Below, in pieces: positions 59,035 to 64,000 of a DNA stretch of 64,000 nt. Source of the stretch: an uncultured Eubacteriales bacterium (lineage in GTDB: Bacteria; Bacillota; Clostridia; Oscillospirales; CAG-272); assembly GCA_900545935.1 (NCBI GenBank), contig URAP01000007.1, positions 4,463 through 68,462 of the forward strand, in the 5' to 3' direction. Both the position numbers and the translations under genes were made by a program. Each line of letters starts with the position of its first letter. Positions within the stretch are counted from its first letter, which is position 1. Under the pieces are notes generated by a model, which was given only the letters and a program-made list of their open reading frames with translations, did no database searches and had not been told where the DNA came from.

Positions 59035-59180
59035 TACATCTGAGCTTTATTTTTCGACGGCACCTTGTCGAAATTTTCCGCGAATAAATATTGCTTCAAC
59101 CGAAGGCCGCATACCCGAATGCAGTCGTACAGCACACCAGTGTACGTACCGAATTATATAAAAAAACGGAGGACATTATT

Positions 59181-60572
59181 ATGAAAAAAACAAGATATCG
59201 CGTATCCCTGCGGCTCACTGCGCTGCTCTCTGCGCTGATAGTGTTGCTGACTCTCCTGCCAATCCATGCCGCCGACGGCAACGGAATGAATGTTAACCTC
59301 GGAAATGCCGCATGCCGAAAGGGAGAGGCGGTAGTGATACCGGTATCCGTAGAGAATAATCCCGGTATCTCTGCGCTCGGAATGTCGCTTGTATATGATG
59401 ATACAAAGCTCGAATTTCTCGATGTCGGATATGCAGACTTTTACGGCAGCATCGAGGTGGGAGAGAAGATACTGTGGATGAATAACAGCGATGTGCACGG
59501 TGACGGCGTTGTTCTTCAGCTCGTTTTCCGCGCCCTCGTCGATCCTGATCCGTCGCTCTCCGTCACCGTCGCCTTTGACGACGGCGATATTGTCAACAGC
59601 CGTGAGGAGAAGATCGAGGTAGGCGAGATCGGCACTGCGACCGTCTCTCTCGGCAGCTGTGAGCACGAGCTTGAGATCTTTGACGGTGCGCTGCCCGGTT
59701 GTGTGTATAACGGATATACGGATGGTGAGTACTGCACGAAATGTGATGTTTTTACCGTATTTCCAACCGCGGTACCGCCTATCGGTCATTGCTATATCGA
59801 CGGAAAGTGCGCATATTGCGGGCTTGAGATAGACGGTGTGCCTACGCTGACTCTTACCTCCGGCTTTGCCGGAAAGGGCGATAAACTTATTGTAAATGTA
59901 TACATAGTCAACAGCCCCGGTATCTCCGCAATGTCGATGCTTCCGGTTTATGACAAGTCGCTGTTTGAGCTGAAGTCGGTCAAATTCAACAGTAATGGCT
60001 TTAACGGTATCAGCGAATATGTCTCAAAGCTCGTTTCTGTAACGAATCATGATGTGTCAGGCACATTCCTCTATGCCACATTGATATTTAATGTTATCAG
60101 TGACGATTTTGTCCGCAGTGAAATAACGATGAATACCAATTCCAATTCGTTTGTCAACGCATCCGAGGAGCGGGTTGAATTTCAGGTCGAGCCGGCTACG
60201 GTGGTGCACAACTGCGTTGACGGACATCACGTCTATATTGACGTTCCGGGTGTTAAGCCTACTTGTACGGAGCCCGGCTATACCGCAGGCAGCTACTGCG
60301 TTTACTGCTATCAGCCTGAGGTTGCGTCCACCGAGATCCCCGCGCTCGGACATACATATGTTGACGGATATTGTAAGAATTGCGGCGAAAAGTGCCCGTT
60401 TATTATGGGCGATACCAACGCCGACGGCACGATAGACGTTAAGGATATCATTCGGTTAATGAAACATATCGCCGGAGTGGATATCGAGATTCAGGGCGCG
60501 GATGTCAACGGCGACGGCGCGATCGATACCCTCGATATCGTTCGTCTGATGAAGCTCATAGCAGAATCCTGA
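59181..60572 (+). CDS. secreted protein: two cohesin-like modules, each followed by a Cys/His-rich module, then a C-terminal dockerin
   Basis: Start at MKKTRYR (GGAGGA RBS). KGEAVVIPVSVENNPGISALGMSLVYDD and DKLIVNVYIVNSPGISAMSMLPVYD (cohesin-like). GDTNADGTIDVKDIIRLMKHIAG...ADVNGDGAIDTLDIVRLMKLIA (dockerin). Confidence 0.8.
   Translation: MKKTRYRVSLRLTALLSALIVLLTLLPIHAADGNGMNVNLGNAACRKGEAVVIPVSVENNPGISALGMSLVYDDTKLEFLDVGYADFYGSIEVGEKILWMNNSDVHGDGVVLQLVFRALVDPDPSLSVTVAFDDGDIVNSREEKIEVGEIGTATVSLGSCEHELEIFDGALPGCVYNGYTDGEYCTKCDVFTVFPTAVPPIGHCYIDGKCAYCGLEIDGVPTLTLTSGFAGKGDKLIVNVYIVNSPGISAMSMLPVYDKSLFELKSVKFNSNGFNGISEYVSKLVSVTNHDVSGTFLYATLIFNVISDDFVRSEITMNTNSNSFVNASEERVEFQVEPATVVHNCVDGHHVYIDVPGVKPTCTEPGYTAGSYCVYCYQPEVASTEIPALGHTYVDGYCKNCGEKCPFIMGDTNADGTIDVKDIIRLMKHIAGVDIEIQGADVNGDGAIDTLDIVRLMKLIAES
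60336..60554 (+). repeat. 219-bp near-identical direct repeat, copy 1 (3' ends of the two cohesin genes)
   Basis: Aligns base-for-base with 62610-62828, with about six mismatches by eye. Confidence 0.85.
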
Positions 60573-60595
60573 CCGAACGGCACGTTTTGATTCTA

Positions 60596-60641
60596 TATAC
60601 TCGGCTTTCCCATGTGTATGGGAAGTCGAGTATATTTTTTA
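60596..60641 (+). terminator. intrinsic terminator
   Basis: ATATACTCGGCTTTCCCAT-gtgt-ATGGGAAGTCGAGTATAT followed by T6. Confidence 0.75.
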
Positions 60642-60788
60642 TCCGATATTATATTACCGTAGGGATTCCGTGCAAATATTCGTGTTTTATGCTGACATCC
60701 GAGCCTTGTATAGATATGGAGAGAGTGTGAATTTTTCGTTTTTTTTTTTAATTTTGCGCCGCTGCGTTAACAAAAACACAATAAAATA

Positions 60789-60816
60789 TTGACAGTATAT
60801 TTTTGTGTGATATAAT
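60789..60816 (+). promoter_or_regulatory. sigma-A type promoter
   Basis: TTGACA, 16 nt spacer, TGa-TATAAT. Confidence 0.6.
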
Positions 60817-60914
60817 TATAAATGTGAAAAAGCGGTGCTTTTTCCTCAAATTATGCTGTCAATTCGTATATAATATCGAATTGCTGTAAAAACGGAAAGG
60901 AAAGTGAAATTAAA

Positions 60915-62846
60915 TTGCTTGAAAAATGCACTCTTCGAAGAAAACTGATTTCCTTTATGCTTGCGGCTGTTATGGTCGTTTGCATGATCCCGATCAGCGC
61001 AGCAAACGCAGTGATGATCTCGATCGGCAGTGCCGAGCTTGTAGTCGGTGAGACGATAGAGCTTCCGGTCACCGTCAGCAGCGATGTTGCAATCGGGTCC
61101 TTTGATGCGCAGGTCGTATACGATTCTTCCTATCTTTCGCTGACAAAGGTCAAAACCGGAGATTTAAACGGTATCATAATGGGCGGTAATAAGATCAATT
61201 GGGTGACTGCTACCGATGATGCTACTAACGGAACGATTTGTCTGCTTGTGTTCAAGGTTCTGAAAAAGCCGACTAAGCAGACAGAGGTCTCTCTTTCGTC
61301 TGTCAAAGTGCGTAATATCAACGAGGATATGATCGATACAAGCATCGTTCCCGCTATTCTCGGAGTTAAGCCCTGCATTCATCAGCTTGTTGTTGATGAT
61401 GGAGTTGAGCCGACCTGTACCGAGAACGGATGGTCCTCCGGCGTACATTGCTCTGTCTGCGGAGATGTCATAGTCGCGAGGCAGGAGCTCGCCCCGCTCG
61501 GTCATTCGTGGAAAGACGGCATTTGTACGCGATGCGGAGCGGCGATAACATTAGACGGACCGCATATTATTCTGGATGATACTGTGGTTGAACCGGGAAC
61601 AAGGTTTAGTGTAAAAGCACGCCTTAAAAACAATCCCGGTATCGTAGCCGCGACCTTTGACTTTTCTTACGATTCATCGCTGCTCAGCTTTGTTTCGGCG
61701 AAGCTATGCGACGGTGTTCCGGGACTTATTACTACGGACAAAAAGATCGTATGGGTAAACAACGGCACATATGACAGCGACGGAGATTTTATCGAGCTGA
61801 TTTTCAAGGCGAAGGATGATATTGTCGGGGCAAAAGACGCTTATGTTTCCGTTTCGAGCAAGACAGGCGGAATAGTTGATATTAATGAAAATAACGTTGG
61901 CTTTTCTTTCATTCCCGCAAATGTTCGTATAAATGAATGCGTGCATACCCCGGTGGATTTTGATGCCGTAATGCCTACATGTACAGCCGCAGGCAGCACC
62001 CCCGGACAGAAATGCAGCAAATGCGGTGTGGTAATTTCGGGCGGTGTTTCCGTTCCTGCGTTTGAACACGATTATGTATCCGGTGTGTGCACACGCTGCG
62101 GAGATGTGCTCGGAACGGCTCCGGCACTGACCGTACAAAATGTGGCTGCCGAGACAGGCGATACCATCACCGTTGATGTCACCGTAAATAATAACCCCGG
62201 TATTTCTGCGGGAGCATTCCGCATTAATTTTGATTCGAGTGTGCTGCAGCTTGTCGGTGCAAAGCCCGGAGATTTTCCGGGACTTACTCAGATTGACCGC
62301 AAATTCGTATGGTGCAACTCTTCCGAGATCGCATACGACGGCGTGATAGCAAGGCTTGTTTTCCGTGTGATCGGCGACAGCTTTGTTCGCGTACCTGTTT
62401 CGGTCACCTGCGGAGGAGGCGATTTTTCAAATAGCGTAGAGCAGCGGATCATTTTTGAATCGTATAGCGGCAGCGTGACCAGGCAGTGCGGTGATGAGCA
62501 CATGCCCGCGGCGATAGGAGAGGATATTCCGGCAACCTGCACCGAGGCGGGACATAAGGCGGGCAGAGGCTGCGTCTATTGCGGCACGGTGCTCGCCGAA
62601 CCGACAGATATCCCCGCGCTCGGACATACATATGTTGACGGTTATTGTAAGAATTGCGGCGAAAAGTGCCCGTTTATTATGGGCGATACCAACGCCGACG
62701 GCACGATAGACGTTAAGGATATCATTCGGTTAATGAAATATATCGCCGGAGTGGATATCGAAATTCAGGGCGCGGATGTCAACGGCGACGGCGTGATCGA
62801 TACCCTCGATATCGTTCGCCTGATGAAGATGATAGCCGATACCTGA
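60915..62846 (+). CDS. secreted protein: three cohesin-like modules, each followed by a Cys/His-rich module, then a C-terminal dockerin
   Basis: A TTG start gives a signal peptide with an RRK n-region; ATG 60957 is an alternative. GETIELPVTVSSDVAIGSFDAQVVYD, TRFSVKARLKNNPGIVAATFDFSYD and DTITVDVTVNNNPGISAGAFRINFD (cohesin-like). The dockerin is nearly identical to the one at 59181-60572. Confidence 0.8.
   Translation: MLEKCTLRRKLISFMLAAVMVVCMIPISAANAVMISIGSAELVVGETIELPVTVSSDVAIGSFDAQVVYDSSYLSLTKVKTGDLNGIIMGGNKINWVTATDDATNGTICLLVFKVLKKPTKQTEVSLSSVKVRNINEDMIDTSIVPAILGVKPCIHQLVVDDGVEPTCTENGWSSGVHCSVCGDVIVARQELAPLGHSWKDGICTRCGAAITLDGPHIILDDTVVEPGTRFSVKARLKNNPGIVAATFDFSYDSSLLSFVSAKLCDGVPGLITTDKKIVWVNNGTYDSDGDFIELIFKAKDDIVGAKDAYVSVSSKTGGIVDINENNVGFSFIPANVRINECVHTPVDFDAVMPTCTAAGSTPGQKCSKCGVVISGGVSVPAFEHDYVSGVCTRCGDVLGTAPALTVQNVAAETGDTITVDVTVNNNPGISAGAFRINFDSSVLQLVGAKPGDFPGLTQIDRKFVWCNSSEIAYDGVIARLVFRVIGDSFVRVPVSVTCGGGDFSNSVEQRIIFESYSGSVTRQCGDEHMPAAIGEDIPATCTEAGHKAGRGCVYCGTVLAEPTDIPALGHTYVDGYCKNCGEKCPFIMGDTNADGTIDVKDIIRLMKYIAGVDIEIQGADVNGDGVIDTLDIVRLMKMIADT
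62610..62828 (+). repeat. 219-bp near-identical direct repeat, copy 2
   Basis: See copy 1. It encodes IPALGHTYVDGYCKNCGEKCPFIMGDTNADGTIDVKDIIRLMK.IAGVDIEIQGADVNGDG.IDTLDIVRLMK. Confidence 0.85.
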
Positions 62847-62900
62847 CAGATAGTATTTAATTCCGAATAGTAAAAAACAAATTAATGTGAGGCGCGGAAA

Positions 62901-63686
62901 ATGAAAAATTCAAACGAAAATAAGTATACGAATAAGCTGAGAGCATCTCGGACGGTAAATATCGTTCTCTCCGTGCTGCTCATTCTTTCCGTGTGCATAG
63001 CCCCTATCTTTGCGGCGGCATCAAATCGTTTTGATGTCACCGGAGACGGGCTTGTTGATACCCGTGATATTGTCAGAATGATGAAGTATATTGCAGGTGC
63101 GATAGACGAGGACGGCAACCCGATAACCCCCGGGGATAATGATGACAGCGGCGACAAGCCGTCCGTCACGCCCGCATATAATACCGTATCCGTTAACGGC
63201 GTACCCGTGTATTCGTACGACGTATGGATGAATTTGTATAATGAAAACGGAAGCGGCGGAGGTGATGAGGAAACGAACAAGCTGATAAAGGATGATTCAA
63301 ATAAAGGCAAGGTTTATAGGGTCACTATAAGCAAAAAGCTTATCGACAGTTCGGTTGACGATACGGTAAAAGACCCGATAGAACCTACGATATTTGATTA
63401 CAACGATTCTTATTCTTTCAGTTGGAAGGATAAGAATCAGAAGAGTATCGGAAGTCAAGGCTCAAACGGCGGATGGAAGGATTCCGACGGAGTTATTCAT
63501 TATTCGGGAGGAATTCTTAAATATCTCCGTGACTATTCAATCGGCGACATTGTACCGGTATCTATGTGGGGAGAAGTAAGATATAACAGTAGTACTACGT
63601 CAATGGATAAGTATAACGGTACATATGATGGGCACGAAGGTTGGGTCAATTTCGACGCTATAATCGAATTTGAGATCGCCGAATAA
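62901..63686 (+). CDS. secreted protein with a single dockerin-like half-repeat and an unassigned C-terminal domain
   Basis: Signal peptide, FDVTGDGLVDTRDIVRMMKYIAG, then ~170 aa with no motif I recognise. Confidence 0.6.
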   Translation: MKNSNENKYTNKLRASRTVNIVLSVLLILSVCIAPIFAAASNRFDVTGDGLVDTRDIVRMMKYIAGAIDEDGNPITPGDNDDSGDKPSVTPAYNTVSVNGVPVYSYDVWMNLYNENGSGGGDEETNKLIKDDSNKGKVYRVTISKKLIDSSVDDTVKDPIEPTIFDYNDSYSFSWKDKNQKSIGSQGSNGGWKDSDGVIHYSGGILKYLRDYSIGDIVPVSMWGEVRYNSSTTSMDKYNGTYDGHEGWVNFDAIIEFEIAE

Positions 63687-63765
63687 CATACTCATGCTCC
63701 TTGCTTTGAGGGGCGGTGCGGCTTGCTGCCCGCGCCTACAATAAATTATACGGAGACGTACTTTA

Positions 63766-64000
63766 ATGAGAAAAACAAACGAAAACAATAAAGGCGGAAA
63801 ACTCAAGACTTTCCGTACACTGAATGCGGTCTTGTCGGCGCTGCTTGTACTCTTAGTCGGTGTGGCTTGTGAAACGGTAAATTCGGGTGATGCTCATTAT
63901 ACCGAGGATAACACATTGACCGAAACGAAAGCAGATACCGAGAGCGGAGAGACACCGTCGACCGATTCGGGCAGCAATGACGGCGGTGAAAACCCGTCGA
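63766..64000 (+). CDS. putative lipoprotein, N-terminal fragment (runs off the window)
   Basis: ATG 63766 with a GGAGA RBS. MRKTNENNKGGKLKTFRTLNAVLSALLVLLVGVAC has a lipobox (LVGVAC). The frame is open to the end of the window, so it is absent from the ORF track. Confidence 0.55.
   Translation, partial: MRKTNENNKGGKLKTFRTLNAVLSALLVLLVGVACETVNSGDAHYTEDNTLTETKADTESGETPSTDSGSNDGGENPS

Overview
This 64 kb window looks like chromosomal DNA from a fairly high-GC Firmicute, probably a Clostridia (Oscillospiraceae/Ruminococcaceae-like) gut anaerobe. That guess rests on gene content, sigma-A type promoters, a THF riboswitch and cohesin/dockerin proteins. All family names come from reading motifs by eye; no searches were run, and domain boundaries are approximate.

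Gene order:
- 1-4038: Na+-translocating biotin decarboxylase cluster (12S-type carboxyltransferase fragment, OadG-like, BCCP, OadB-like pump, 5S/OadA-type carboxyltransferase).
- 4240-13439: tyrosine recombinase, a ~270 bp invertible promoter element, and two giant surface-protein genes. The first is a 1107 aa lipoprotein of 20 repeated modules alternating with collagen-like runs, ending in a cohesin-like module. The second is a 1521 aa protein with cohesin-like, dockerin, Cys/His modules, Flg_new repeats and BspA-type LRRs.
- 13703-15528: GlmU-N-like nucleotidyltransferase and a DivIVA-like coiled-coil protein.
- 15877-21753: two ABC exporter half-transporters, each with a long N-terminal extension ending in a zinc ribbon, flanking a DUF1854-like gene.
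- 21924-29657 (minus strand): a seven-gene shikimate/tyrosine operon with two gene fusions, behind a promoter and a terminator-containing leader.
- 29962-32014: THF riboswitch and an atypical FolT-like ECF S-component.
- 32104-41223: AlaX-like editing protein, TPM protein, orphan MinD/ParA ATPase, an MGS-like protein lacking the catalytic residues, mtnA, alr, and the UPF0210/ACT pair.
- 41950-54045: a carbohydrate ABC locus with a 1034 aa binding protein, four permeases, an NHL-YIP1 protein and a 938 aa secreted protein, but no ATPase or regulator.
- 54471-58316: upp, rpsF-ssb-rpsR, and a CNNM/CorC transporter.
- 58720-64000: a second set of secreted cohesin/dockerin proteins.

I recognised no rRNA, tRNA, CRISPR array, transposase or phage structural module.

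The best candidate for an undescribed system is a phase-variable surface apparatus. A recombinase-controlled inverton, captured in the OFF orientation, drives a lipid-anchored collagen-like stalk that ends in a cohesin. The next gene encodes a dockerin-bearing adhesin-like giant protein. The cohesin/dockerin-only proteins at 58.7-63.7 kb share the same module types and may be related.
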